A stretch of DNA of 64,000 nucleotides from Mucilaginibacter sp. GTDB taxonomy: Bacteria; Bacteroidota; Bacteroidia; Sphingobacteriales; Sphingobacteriaceae. The position numbers were made by a program, and so were the translations under genes. Under the pieces are notes generated by a model that did no database searches, was not told the origin of the DNA, and saw nothing but the letters and a program-made list of their open reading frames with translations. Of the stretch, positions 1-9,939 are shown one piece after another. The stretch covers positions 2,894,076 to 2,958,075 of the forward strand of contig OZ255719.1 of the NCBI GenBank assembly GCA_965277245.1, read 5' to 3'. Numbering within the stretch: the first letter of the stretch is position 1; each line of letters opens with the position of its first letter.

Positions 1-492
1 AATGGCCAGCCCAAAGCCCTGGCAGAGCAGGCCGCCTATTTAAGCAACGGCAACCTTACCGAGGCCATACAGATCTTGCAGCAGGATGCAGATAGCCATC
101 ACCCGTTATTTTTACAATGGCTGCGCTTATGTTATAGCAACAAAGGTTTGGAAGTGATAAAGCTGGTAGACGCCCTGGCTAAGCTTGGCCGCGAAAACCA
201 AAAGAATTTTTTGCGTTACGGGATCAGTTTTTTACGAGAGTGCTGCCTGCTGCAAAGCGGTGCCGAAAAACTGGTCCACCTACCCGATAGCGAGCTGGAA
301 ACTGCTCAAAAAATGTCGGCAGTGATCCCCATCCCGGCGGCCGAAACTGTAAGCGCTGAGCTGGAAAAGGCCCACTATCATGTAGAGCGAAATGCTAATC
401 CTAAAATTTTATTTTTAGATGTATCTTTACAGCTAATTAAAGTGCTTCATTTTAAGATTCTCCCGCAAGGGATTCAATATATAACCAATTAA
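1..492 (+). CDS. holB: DNA polymerase III subunit delta' (C-terminal part; 5' end outside window)
   Basis: Frame 1 is open from base 1. The C-terminal 'AHYHVERNANPKILFLDVSLQL' is typical of Bacteroidota HolB, and the gene lies upstream of the PSP1 gene. Confidence 0.8.
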   Translation, partial: NGQPKALAEQAAYLSNGNLTEAIQILQQDADSHHPLFLQWLRLCYSNKGLEVIKLVDALAKLGRENQKNFLRYGISFLRECCLLQSGAEKLVHLPDSELETAQKMSAVIPIPAAETVSAELEKAHYHVERNANPKILFLDVSLQLIKVLHFKILPQGIQYITN

Positions 493-493
493 T

Positions 494-1918
494 ATGGGAT
501 GTGGAAGTTGCTCTACAGGTGGCGGTTGCGCACCTTCGGGCTGCAAAAGTAATGGCTCATGCCTAACCAACGGGTGTAGCAAATTAGATGTTTACGACTG
601 GCTGTCGCACATGGATATGCCAACCAATTATAAAGTATTTCCGGTAGTTGAGATTAAATTCAAAGGCTCCCGAAAGGATTTCTACCTTAATACTGATAAT
701 ATTTACTTAGAGGCCGGCGAGCTTGTGGTTACCGAGACCGCAACCGGCGGGTTTGATGTTGGCCACGTTTCTGTAACCGGCGAACTGGTGCGCATGCAAA
801 TGGTTAAGCGCCGCGTTAATGAAAGCGACGTTACCAAAAAAGTGTTCCGCAAGGCTACCATACCCGATGTAGATAAATGGAAAGCGGCCAAAGATATGGA
901 GTGGGAAACCATGCATAAGGCGCGCAAGCTGGCTTTAGAGTTGGGCCTGCAAATGAAGATAAGCGACGTTGATTACCAGGGCGATAAAAGCAAGGCTACC
1001 TTTTACTACACCGCCGAAGGCCGCGTAGATTTTCGTGAACTCATCAAACGTATGGCCGAGACTTTCCGCATTAGGATAGAGATGCGGCAAATAGGTATGC
1101 GCCAGGAAGCAAGCCGCCTGGGCGGCATTGGCTCTTGCGGCCGTGAGCTATGCTGCTCTACCTGGCTTACCGATTTTAAAACAGTTTCTACATCGGCAGC
1201 GCGTTACCAAAATCTTTCTTTAAACACCTTAAAACTTGCCGGCCAGTGCGGTAAGCTAAAATGCTGCTTAAACTACGAGCTGGATACTTACATGGATGCG
1301 CTAAAACATATCCCCGATAATGTGCACACCCTGCGTACCGAAAAAGGCGATGCCAGGTTACAAAAAACCGATATCTTTAAAAAACTAATGTGGTTCACCT
1401 ACCCGGGTGGCGAAGATTGGATACCTCTGCACATTAATCGTGTAAAAGAAATTCAGCAGATGAATAAAGACGGCATTAAGCCGGCAGACCTGGGCGAAAT
1501 CATAGCGCATGACGAGAATGCAGCCAAGGTGCTGGATTATGAGAATGTAGTTGGGCAGGATAGCCTTACCCGCCTGGATGATCGTAACCGCAACCGGAAT
1601 AATAACAACCGCAACCGCCCGCAGGGCAACAACCAGCAACCGCGTAATCCTAATCAGCAGGCACGGTCAAATGATCAGCAGGGCCAGCGCCCTCAGCAGC
1701 AGCGTAACCCTAACCAGCAGCAGCCACGTAACCAACAAGCCGGGCCGCAGCAACAGCGCACCGCCGGCAACGGTAATAACCAGCCTGCAGCACCATTTAA
1801 TGCCGCAGAAGGCTCGGGAGAGGGCGGCAATAGCAGGCGTAATAATCGCCGGCACCGGCCAAACAGGGGCAACAACGGGCCAAACCCTAATAGCAACCCG
1901 CCGCCGCAGGCAAATTAA
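494..1918 (+). CDS. ricT: PSP1-domain protein (RicT/YaaT family) with Cys-rich N-terminus and N/Q/R-rich low-complexity tail
   Basis: Motifs 'KATFYYTAEGRVDFRELIK', 'RQIGMRQEASRLGGIGSCGRELCC' and 'LAGQCGKLKCCLNYE'. Confidence 0.9.
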   Translation: MGCGSCSTGGGCAPSGCKSNGSCLTNGCSKLDVYDWLSHMDMPTNYKVFPVVEIKFKGSRKDFYLNTDNIYLEAGELVVTETATGGFDVGHVSVTGELVRMQMVKRRVNESDVTKKVFRKATIPDVDKWKAAKDMEWETMHKARKLALELGLQMKISDVDYQGDKSKATFYYTAEGRVDFRELIKRMAETFRIRIEMRQIGMRQEASRLGGIGSCGRELCCSTWLTDFKTVSTSAARYQNLSLNTLKLAGQCGKLKCCLNYELDTYMDALKHIPDNVHTLRTEKGDARLQKTDIFKKLMWFTYPGGEDWIPLHINRVKEIQQMNKDGIKPADLGEIIAHDENAAKVLDYENVVGQDSLTRLDDRNRNRNNNNRNRPQGNNQQPRNPNQQARSNDQQGQRPQQQRNPNQQQPRNQQAGPQQQRTAGNGNNQPAAPFNAAEGSGEGGNSRRNNRRHRPNRGNNGPNPNSNPPPQAN

Positions 1919-1921
1919 GCT

Positions 1922-2401
1922 ATGAAGATTGCCGCTCATATTCGGTTATTTACCGGTTTGCTGCTATTAATTTCGGTGGGCGGCTGTTATGACCCTTCTA
2001 CGGTGTTTGATCAAAATACCGAGATCGTCAACAGAAACTGGTCTTACGCCAATAAGATAAAGTATGATGTTGAAATTAAAGATACATCTGTACTGTATAA
2101 TTTATACCTGAACCTGCGTGTTACCGGCGATTATAAATATGCCAATATGTTTGTGCTGATAAGCCAAAATATTGCCGGCACAAAACCCGTGGCAATAAGG
2201 TATGAGTTTAAGTTGGCCAACCCCGACGGCGAATGGACCGGGAAAGGCACCGGTAATATCTACAGTTATCAAACGCTTTTTAAACCGCAATATAAATTCC
2301 CGGCGCGGGGTGTTTATCATTTCGAGCTGGAACAAAATATGCGCGACAACCCACTGCATGAAGTAAGCGATGTTGGCATTCGTGTGGCCAAGGTGCAATA
2401 A
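1922..2401 (+). CDS. gldH: gliding motility lipoprotein GldH
   Basis: Lipobox SVGGC, 'YNLYLNLRVTGDYKYANMFV', 'GEWTGKGTG', 'FELEQNMR..PL..VSDVGIRV'; follows PSP1. Confidence 0.9.
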   Translation: MKIAAHIRLFTGLLLLISVGGCYDPSTVFDQNTEIVNRNWSYANKIKYDVEIKDTSVLYNLYLNLRVTGDYKYANMFVLISQNIAGTKPVAIRYEFKLANPDGEWTGKGTGNIYSYQTLFKPQYKFPARGVYHFELEQNMRDNPLHEVSDVGIRVAKVQ

Positions 2402-2433
2402 AACTTAATATGGCCCTTTAAGTACATAAAGTA

Positions 2434-2739
2434 ATGAAACGAGGAACAACTTTATTTTTTACGATAATTGCCCTTGCATTACTAAATTCATGCGGAGAAA
2501 AAAACCCGCAAAACACCTACCAGGGCGCTGTAGATTCTGCTTCTATAGGCTTATACCCCGGTTTAGATACCGTAACCCAGGCACAATTCCCCCGCCCGCA
2601 AATGCCCAATGGTTTAGTATTAGATACCGGGACCGATAACCCCTTTGCCGCAGATACCGCCTATTTACCGCGCCCTGCCACCCCGACAGATAATCGCGAC
2701 CTCCCAAATTATGATATACCGGCATTGCAAAATCCCTAA
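2434..2739 (+). CDS. small hypothetical lipoprotein
   Basis: Signal peptide with lipobox ALLNSC; Pro/Asp/Thr-rich mature part. Confidence 0.65.
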   Translation: MKRGTTLFFTIIALALLNSCGEKNPQNTYQGAVDSASIGLYPGLDTVTQAQFPRPQMPNGLVLDTGTDNPFAADTAYLPRPATPTDNRDLPNYDIPALQNP

Positions 2740-2782
2740 AAACTGTATTTGCTTATCTTGGTTGTAAAAGGTAAACATGGCC

Positions 2783-3025
2783 ATGAAAAAATTTGCAATC
2801 ATAATGCTGTTAGCAAACTACTTGTTAATAGCCGCCTGTAATAGCGCTACAAAACAAAAAAGCGGTAATGGTGCCGATTCCGGAACGGTTGGCAATTCGG
2901 GCGCAGCGGTTAGCGGAGGTAATGGATCGGCGGCGGGCAATTCTAACGCAACTACAGATACCAGCACAACAGGGAAACAGGTTACCAATCCAACGGTCGA
3001 CAGTGGAAAAACGCCAAGAAAGTAG
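2783..3025 (+). CDS. small Gly/Ser/Thr-rich hypothetical lipoprotein
   Basis: MKKFAIIMLLANYLLIAAC lipoprotein signal (alternative start 2777); low-complexity mature part. Confidence 0.65.
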   Translation: MKKFAIIMLLANYLLIAACNSATKQKSGNGADSGTVGNSGAAVSGGNGSAAGNSNATTDTSTTGKQVTNPTVDSGKTPRK

Positions 3026-3128
3026 CATAAGGAGTGACTGACCTGATAAAAATTTGCAATAGCAAATTTGACTAACATTTTTATTAAATTATAAAATAAC
3101 TATATTCGTTTACTAATTTTATTGTCAA

Positions 3129-4499
3129 ATGGATATGGTCATTTTAATTATTGCCGGGATATTTTTCGTGTGCGGGGTTGTACTTTTTATCAGGTCTAAC
3201 GGTAAAAATGCGTTGTCGGATGAGGGTACTGTTGCGCTAAAAAACGAAAATGACAGCCTGAAAATTCAAATAGCAAAAGCCGACGAAAAGGCTTTGTGGA
3301 TCACTGCCGAAAAGGAAAACATTACTACTCATTTTAAAGAAGAACAGTTACGTTTAATACAGGAGCTGGCTACGGAGCGTACCAAACTCTCACAGGCATT
3401 GCAAACCATAGAGCGCGGCCAGGCTTTTTATGAATCGCAGCAGGAAAAATTAGATGAGCAGAAAGCAGAATTAGAAACCACCCGGTTGCATTTTCAGCGT
3501 GAGTTTGAAAACATTGCAGAAAAATTGTTAAAGGAAAAGGCGAAAGAATTTACAGATGTAAACCGCCATAATCTGGATACCCTGCTTAATCCGCTAAAAC
3601 AAAACATTAAGGCTTTTGAAGATAAAGTAGATAAGGTTTACAAGGCCGAATCGGATGAGCGGAATTTACTGCGGGGCGAACTAACCCAGTTAATGGCGTT
3701 AAATAAGTTAATTAGTGAAGAAGCCAATAGTTTAACCAAAGCTTTAAAGGGCGATAATAAAAAGCAGGGCAACTGGGGAGAGTTTATCCTGGAAAAGGTG
3801 CTTGAAAGATCTGGCTTAACAAAAGATCGCGAATACAGGCTGCAAGCTGCACACCAGTCGGCCGATGGTGGCCGTTATCACCCCGATGCCATTATTGATT
3901 TGCCCGACGATAAACATTTGATCATAGATGCCAAAGTTTCGCTAATAGCGTATGAGAAACTGGTAAACTGCGAAACCGAAGAGGATAAAAAGCTGTACGC
4001 CCGTGCGCATGTAGAATCATTACGCAGCCATGTGCACAACCTGTCTGGTAAAAATTATCATGGTCTTAATAAACTGAACTCGCCCGATTTTGTGATGCTG
4101 TTTGTGCCTATAGAATCTTCATTTAGTTTTGCGGTACAGATAGATGCCGATCTGTTTACCGATGCCTGGGATAAGCGGATAGTTATAGTTAGCCCGTCTA
4201 CGCTGCTGGCAACTTTGCGCACCATAGCCAGCATGTGGAAACAAGAAAACCAAAACCGTAATGTGATGGAAATTGCCCGCCTGAGCGGAGAAATGTATGA
4301 TAAGTTTGTAGGTTTTGTGGCAGACCTGGAAGGTATAGGTAAAAGCATCCGCTCCACACAAGATAATTATGATAAAGCGTTTAATAAACTGGTTGATGGC
4401 CGTGGAAATTTAACCACAACTGCCGATAAAATAAAACGGTTAGGAGCAAAGGCAGATAAGCAATTAGATGCAAGACTTTTAAGCGACGATTTGATTTAG
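3129..4499 (+). CDS. rmuC: DNA recombination protein RmuC
   Basis: N-terminal TM segment and coiled coil, then 'QGNWGEFILEKVLERSGL', 'PDAIIDLPDDKHLIIDAKVSL' and 'DFVMLFVPIE'. Confidence 0.95.
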   Translation: MDMVILIIAGIFFVCGVVLFIRSNGKNALSDEGTVALKNENDSLKIQIAKADEKALWITAEKENITTHFKEEQLRLIQELATERTKLSQALQTIERGQAFYESQQEKLDEQKAELETTRLHFQREFENIAEKLLKEKAKEFTDVNRHNLDTLLNPLKQNIKAFEDKVDKVYKAESDERNLLRGELTQLMALNKLISEEANSLTKALKGDNKKQGNWGEFILEKVLERSGLTKDREYRLQAAHQSADGGRYHPDAIIDLPDDKHLIIDAKVSLIAYEKLVNCETEEDKKLYARAHVESLRSHVHNLSGKNYHGLNKLNSPDFVMLFVPIESSFSFAVQIDADLFTDAWDKRIVIVSPSTLLATLRTIASMWKQENQNRNVMEIARLSGEMYDKFVGFVADLEGIGKSIRSTQDNYDKAFNKLVDGRGNLTTTADKIKRLGAKADKQLDARLLSDDLI

Positions 4500-4513
4500 C
4501 GTATGGGTAAACG

Positions 4514-5383
4514 CTATAATATTTTGTTCGTTAAGTTGGTTTCTATTTTAGAATCGGCAATTATGATCATCCCTTTTACATCCAGCTTATATTTGATATT
4601 GGTTAGGGTGTTCATCTCTTTTATGAGATTTTCTTTCACAGAAAACTTAAGCTGACCGGAACCATTGCCACTTCCCGACGCATTAAAATTGGCATTTGCC
4701 GTTGTAGAGAGGTTATAATTGGCAGCCTGTATAAAGGTAAAAAGCGCAAGTCCGTTTGCCATGCCCGTATAGGTATAGGTTGTTTTTATTGTAAATGAAA
4801 GCGACATACCCGATACTGGCATATTCATGGGTACATCCTGCACAAAAGTATCACCTGGTTTTAAAGGTTTTTCCGGAAACTTTATCTGGCTCTGCACGGC
4901 GTTGATCATGGTTGTCAACAGCTTGTTTATAGCGGTATCGCGGCTCAGCTTTCCCTCTACAGAGTCGACTTGTATTTTCCCGAGGTTATTAATGTGGCCG
5001 TATATGCTGTTGTTTACGAAAGTGTTTTGCGGCGTATTTAACGTTTTACCTGCCACAGTCATGGTGGTTTGGAGGTTATTATAAGTTATAACCACCGGGA
5101 AAGAACCAGAAATATCTGCTTCTCCTGTTTTGAAGGTGTAGTCCGCAGTATTATTTATATCCATTACAACCGGCGTTTTAATGCCCTGAGCCTTTAGTTT
5201 TTCTAATTGCTCGGGAGTCCCTTCAAAATTCATGGCCATGTTGGCAATAGATTTTGTAGCGCTGGAGTACGTTCGGTTTGGAATATATTTTACTTTAAAT
5301 ATTATCGCTTTTTGAGCTTCAGCGCTAAACATTATACCTGTTAACATGCCACAAAGTAAAAAGACTTTATAATATTGCTTCAT
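4514..5383 (-). CDS. secreted hypothetical protein (beta-rich; possibly DUF6263-like)
   Basis: 289-aa ORF with Sec signal ending AEA-Q; no catalytic motif recognised. Confidence 0.7.
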   Translation of the reverse strand: MKQYYKVFLLCGMLTGIMFSAEAQKAIIFKVKYIPNRTYSSATKSIANMAMNFEGTPEQLEKLKAQGIKTPVVMDINNTADYTFKTGEADISGSFPVVITYNNLQTTMTVAGKTLNTPQNTFVNNSIYGHINNLGKIQVDSVEGKLSRDTAINKLLTTMINAVQSQIKFPEKPLKPGDTFVQDVPMNMPVSGMSLSFTIKTTYTYTGMANGLALFTFIQAANYNLSTTANANFNASGSGNGSGQLKFSVKENLIKEMNTLTNIKYKLDVKGMIIIADSKIETNLTNKIL

Positions 5384-5398
5384 TCCACAATATATAGT

Positions 5399-6445
5399 TT
5401 ATTTACCAAATGCATTCCAGCCCTGGGCTTTTAATTCGTGTACCTTGCCTGCCTTAGTGATTAAGTTTAACCCCGCGGAAGGCTCTGTTATATAGCCGAT
5501 TATACTAACGTCCACATCGTTCTTTATTTTGTCGTAGTCGGCCTGTTTAATAGTAAAAAGCAGTTCATAATCTTCACCGCCGCTTAGCGCGCAAACCGTG
5601 GGGTCCAAATTAAATTCCCGGGCAGTTTCGTAGGTCATCGGGTCTATCGGTATTTTTTCCTCATACAGATTACACCCCTTGTTACTTTGCTTGCAGATGT
5701 GTAAAAGCTCAGATGCTAAACCGTCCGATACATCTATCATAGCCGTTGGTTTTATGCCCCTCGATCTTAACAGATCAATTACATCCCGGCGGGCCTCCGG
5801 CTTTAGCTGGCGTTCAACAATGTAGTCTTTGCCCTCCAGGTCGGGTTGTATTTGCGGGTTTTCGAGGTATATTAATTTTTCACGCTCTAATAATTGCAAT
5901 CCTGTGTAAGCACCACCTAAGTCGCCGCTTACACATATCAGATCGCCTTCTTCGGCTGTATTTCTGTAGGTAATATCCTTTTCATCAGCATAACCTAAAA
6001 CAGTTACACTTATAACCAGGCCTTGTTTAGAAGCCGTCGTGTCGCCACCTATCAAATCAATTCCGTATTTATCGCAAGCCAGGTAAATACCTTCATACAA
6101 TTCTTCAATAGCTTCTAATGAAAACCTGCTCGACATGCCTATAGATACTGTGATCTGTTCGGGTGTACCGTTCATGGCGTAAATATCGCTTAGATTAACC
6201 TGTACCGCCTTGTAGCCTAAATGTTTAAGGGGCGTGTAAGCCAGATCGAAATGGATACCTTCCAACAGCATATCTGTAGAAACCAGCACTTTTTTATTTA
6301 ATGCATCAATAACCGCCGCGTCATCGCCAATACCTTTTAAACTGCTCTTTTTATTTAGCGGGAAATTTTTGGTCAAATGATCTATCAGGCCAAATTCACC
6401 TAATTCCTGTATGTTAGTTCTTTCGGTATTTTCAAACAAATCCAT
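5399..6445 (-). CDS. thiL: thiamine-phosphate kinase
   Basis: 'LGEFGLIDHL', 'GIGDDAA', 'VSTDMLLEGIHF', 'MIDVSDGL', 'GGEDYELLFT'. Start placed at ATG 6445 (MDLFEN). Confidence 0.95.
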   Translation of the reverse strand: MDLFENTERTNIQELGEFGLIDHLTKNFPLNKKSSLKGIGDDAAVIDALNKKVLVSTDMLLEGIHFDLAYTPLKHLGYKAVQVNLSDIYAMNGTPEQITVSIGMSSRFSLEAIEELYEGIYLACDKYGIDLIGGDTTASKQGLVISVTVLGYADEKDITYRNTAEEGDLICVSGDLGGAYTGLQLLEREKLIYLENPQIQPDLEGKDYIVERQLKPEARRDVIDLLRSRGIKPTAMIDVSDGLASELLHICKQSNKGCNLYEEKIPIDPMTYETAREFNLDPTVCALSGGEDYELLFTIKQADYDKIKNDVDVSIIGYITEPSAGLNLITKAGKVHELKAQGWNAFGK

Positions 6446-6549
6446 ATTAATTTTATGATACCGATTTTTAAAAATGATCATACTGATTAACTTTTGGGTA
6501 TTGATGATCGGTGCAATCAACCCAAAATCAGCGTAATCAAAATCCAGTG

Positions 6550-7542
6550 TTATAAGCCTAATTGTGCCGATATATCCAGCATTCTTTCAATTGGCTTTAC
6601 CGCCTTTTCAATAATATCTGCCGGAACGTATATCTCTGGTAGTTCATTTTTAAGGCACAAGTAAAGCTTTTCTAATGTATTACGTTTCATGTGCGGGCAA
6701 TCGTTACAGGCACAGTTATTATTTGGCGGCGCAGGTATAAACTCCTTACCGGGGTTATCCTTTTGCATCTGGTGTAATATACCTGCCTCCGTTGCTACAA
6801 TAAATTGCCTGCTTGCAGAACTGGTTGCATAATTTAAAATACCTGTAGTAGAACCTATATAATCAGCAAGTTCTAAAATTACCTCTTCACACTCCGGGTG
6901 GGCTAATATTTTGGCTTCGGGATAACGTTCCTTTAGTTTGGTTATCTTTTCCCTCGAGAATATTTCATGCACCATACAGGCACCGTTCCAAAGTACAAGG
7001 TCGCGGCCTGTTTTTTCCGCCACGTACCTGCCTAAATTTCTATCAGGGCCGAATATTATTTTCTGGTGTGTTGGTAAACTGTTTACAATGCCAACCGCAT
7101 TGCTGGATGTGCAAACAATATCGCTCATGGCCTTTAATTCGGCGGTGCAGTTTACGTAGGTAATAACCAGGTGATCGGGGTAATTTTCTTTAAACTTTTT
7201 AAAAAGGTGCGGCGGGCAGCTATCTGCCAAAGAGCATCCGGCCTTAATATCGGGCAATAAAACTTTTTTTGTTGGCGATAAAATCTTGGCAGTTTCGGCC
7301 ATGAAATGTACACCGGCGAAAACAATAATATCGGCATCTGTTTTTGCAGCCTGCTGCGATAAACCAAGGCTATCGCCAATATAATCGGCAATATCCTGTA
7401 TATCTCCATCCTGGTAATAATGGGCAAGTATAACTGCATTCTTCTGCTTTTTTAATTTAACTATTTCGGCAAAAAGATCGAGCACCGGGTCAATGTATTC
7501 GTCGGCAAAACCTTTAATATTTATTTCCTCTAAAGTATCCAT
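6550..7542 (-). CDS. nadA: quinolinate synthase
   Basis: 'ILAHYYQ', 'GDSLGLS', '[10 protein letters not shown]', 'AGCSLAD', 'CMVHE', 'CNDCPHMK'. Confidence 0.97.
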   Translation of the reverse strand: MDTLEEINIKGFADEYIDPVLDLFAEIVKLKKQKNAVILAHYYQDGDIQDIADYIGDSLGLSQQAAKTDADIIVFAGVHFMAETAKILSPTKKVLLPDIKAGCSLADSCPPHLFKKFKENYPDHLVITYVNCTAELKAMSDIVCTSSNAVGIVNSLPTHQKIIFGPDRNLGRYVAEKTGRDLVLWNGACMVHEIFSREKITKLKERYPEAKILAHPECEEVILELADYIGSTTGILNYATSSASRQFIVATEAGILHQMQKDNPGKEFIPAPPNNNCACNDCPHMKRNTLEKLYLCLKNELPEIYVPADIIEKAVKPIERMLDISAQLGL

Positions 7543-7566
7543 TTTTGAACAGATCAATAAAAACAA

Positions 7567-7952
7567 TAATTCTTATTAATATAAATACTATTGTTTATTA
7601 GTGTGTTGGTGGTGTTGACAGATGGCTGCGAAGTTTCTTTGATATATGATTTATCATCATCTTACTAACAATAAAGCTTATTTTTTATTTAGCTAAAGTG
7701 CTCATTTTAAAATCATTTTGTAAAGCACTATTAAACTTTTAAAACCTTTTTGTTAATTAATTATTTAGTTGATAAATGTTAACGGAAGATTAAAAACTCC
7801 TTAAAAATAGCTGATAAAATTCCCGGGCCCGCACTACCATCAGCACTTATCAACCATTTTAAAACTTGTTAGCTATTTACATCTGCAAAATTAACATCTT
7901 TTAATACGCTTATAAACACAAGTATTACTTTTACACACATACTACTTATAAT
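7567..7952. promoter_or_regulatory. AT-rich divergent nadA/nadB intergenic region with DnaA-box-like motifs (candidate oriC)
   Basis: TTTTACACA at 7929-7937 fits TTWTNCACA. Two-mismatch boxes: TTATCATCA, AGTTGATAA, TTATCAACC, TTATAAACA. About 6 kb from the parS pair and mnmG. Confidence 0.45.
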
Positions 7953-9545
7953 ATGACAAAAGCTGTGGATTTCCTGGTTGTTGGATCGGGTATAGCCGGG
8001 TTAAGTTTTGCATTAAAGGCTGCAAATCATGGCAAGGTACTTATTGTTACTAAGGCAAATGAAGATGAATCTAATACAAAGTATGCGCAGGGCGGTGTTG
8101 CAGTGGTTGTGGATAAAAAAGCCGACTCTTTTGTAAAGCATATAGAAGATACCTTAATAGCCGGCGATGGTCTCTGCGATCTGCAGGTTGTTGAGGCTGT
8201 TGTTAGTGAAGGCCCTGCACGCATACGGGAAATAATTGATTACGGTACCAACTTCGATAAAACCAACGAAGGCTATTACGATCTCGCCAAAGAAGGCGGC
8301 CATTCTGAATTTAGGGTACTACATTATAAGGATATTACAGGTTTAGAAATAGAACGGGCATTGTTAGAAGAAATACACAAACATCCTAATATAGAGATCA
8401 TTAGCCATTATTTTGCGGTAGATCTTATAACACAACACCATTTGGGGAAGTTTGTAGGTAAGTCGACCACGGACATTAAATGCTATGGTATTTACGCCTT
8501 GAATACGCTAACCCGAGATGTTGATAAAATATTGGCTAAGGTTACGGTAATGGCATCGGGTGGGGCGGGGCATATTTACTCGATAACCACAAACCCAACT
8601 ATTGCCACAGGCGACGGCGTAGCCATGGTTTATCGTGCCAAAGGAAAGGTGCGAAATATGGAGTTTATACAGTTTCACCCTACAGCTTTGTATAACCCCG
8701 GCGAGTACCCTTCATTCCTGATATCTGAAGCTGTGCGCGGTTTTGGCGGCGTATTAAAACGCCTGGATGGTACAGAGTTTATGCAGGAATATGATTCGCG
8801 TAAATCACTTGCACCACGCGATATAGTTGCTCGTGCGATAGATGCGGAGATAAAAAAATCTGGTGAAGATTATGTTTATCTCGATATCCGCCACCGGAGC
8901 AAAGCAGATATTTTACAGCATTTCCCTAACATCTATGCCAAGTGCCTGGATATTGGGATAGACATGACCAAAGATATGATCCCGGTTTCGCCCGCGTGCC
9001 ATTACATGTGCGGTGGTGTAATGGTAGACCATTGGGGACGGTCGTCTATTAATCGATTATATGCTTGCGGAGAATGTTCTTCTACGGGTTTACATGGCGC
9101 TAACAGGCTGGCATCTAACTCTTTGTTAGAGGCATTGGTATTTGCACACCGTATTTATGAAGACGCAACTATGCAGTTTGAAAGCAATGATATGCCGGAT
9201 AACATACCCGACTGGAATGAAAATGGCGTTCAGCTATCCAATGAAGACATATTAGTTACCCACAACATCCGCGAAATGCAAAAGCTGATGAATGATTATG
9301 TAGGTATCGTACGTTCAGATTTTCGCTTAGACAGGGCTATGAGGCGTTTAGGTTTACTATATGAAGAAACTGAGGCATTTTACAAAAGAACCAAGCTATC
9401 TGTAAAGCTTTGCGAATTGCGCAATTTGATCCAGGTATCGTTCATCGTAGTAAAATCGGCCATGATGCGGAAAGAGAGCAGGGGATTGCACTATACAACC
9501 GATTATCCTGAACATGCTGATGTTGTGGAGGATACGGTGTTTTAA
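7953..9545 (+). CDS. nadB: L-aspartate oxidase
   Basis: FAD motif 'VVGSGIAGL', 'YAQGG', 'EFIQFHPT', 'ISEAVRG', 'HYMCGG', 'GLHGANRLASNSLLE'. Confidence 0.97.
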   Translation: MTKAVDFLVVGSGIAGLSFALKAANHGKVLIVTKANEDESNTKYAQGGVAVVVDKKADSFVKHIEDTLIAGDGLCDLQVVEAVVSEGPARIREIIDYGTNFDKTNEGYYDLAKEGGHSEFRVLHYKDITGLEIERALLEEIHKHPNIEIISHYFAVDLITQHHLGKFVGKSTTDIKCYGIYALNTLTRDVDKILAKVTVMASGGAGHIYSITTNPTIATGDGVAMVYRAKGKVRNMEFIQFHPTALYNPGEYPSFLISEAVRGFGGVLKRLDGTEFMQEYDSRKSLAPRDIVARAIDAEIKKSGEDYVYLDIRHRSKADILQHFPNIYAKCLDIGIDMTKDMIPVSPACHYMCGGVMVDHWGRSSINRLYACGECSSTGLHGANRLASNSLLEALVFAHRIYEDATMQFESNDMPDNIPDWNENGVQLSNEDILVTHNIREMQKLMNDYVGIVRSDFRLDRAMRRLGLLYEETEAFYKRTKLSVKLCELRNLIQVSFIVVKSAMMRKESRGLHYTTDYPEHADVVEDTVF

Positions 9546-9557
9546 CTATAGATATTG

Positions 9558-9761
9558 ATGGATGTGAAGCTTTTACTCTCCGGGTTCTTATTTCTAATAG
9601 TTGGGATTCTGATGTTTATAAATGTAAGAAAGAGAAAACCAGCATCAGATAAAACAAACCGGAAAGGTCAACTCTTACCGCAGTTTATATAGTTTTGGAT
9701 GACTACAGTAACGGCAATTGGAATAGTTTTTATATTAAAAGCATTGTTTGGGAGTTTTTAA
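9558..9761 (+). pseudogene. small two-TM membrane protein interrupted by in-frame TAG (9690-9692)
   Basis: My translation: MDVKLLLSGFLFLIVGILMFINVRKRKPASDKTNRKGQLLPQFI*FWMTTVTAIGIVFILKALFGSF*. Hydrophobic segments lie on both sides of the stop. Confidence 0.5.
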
Positions 9762-9763
9762 AG

Positions 9764-9836
9764 AGCGGAAAACGGGATTCGAACCCGCGGCCTTCAGTTT
9801 GGGAAACTGATGCTCTACCAGCTGAGCTATTTCCGC
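9764..9836 (-). tRNA. tRNA-Gly(CCC)
   Basis: GCGGAAA/TTTCCGC acceptor stem, GCTC/GAGC D-stem, TCAGT-TTCCCAA-ACTGA anticodon arm, GGTTCGAATCC T-arm, discriminator U; CCA not encoded. Confidence 0.97.
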
Positions 9837-9939
9837 TTGTTATGATGCTAAAGTATAAATTAGTTAGGAGTTTCAAGTGTTCTGATTAGACAATTAACTA
9901 TTTTTATACTAATAACCCGAAACCCAAGACAGAATATCA

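Noticed and set aside
6446-6549. TPP riboswitch upstream of thiL (and SAM/T-box element upstream of metG)
   Set aside because: The intergenic gaps are too short and no aptamer consensus (such as TGAGA...CTGAT for TPP) is seen.
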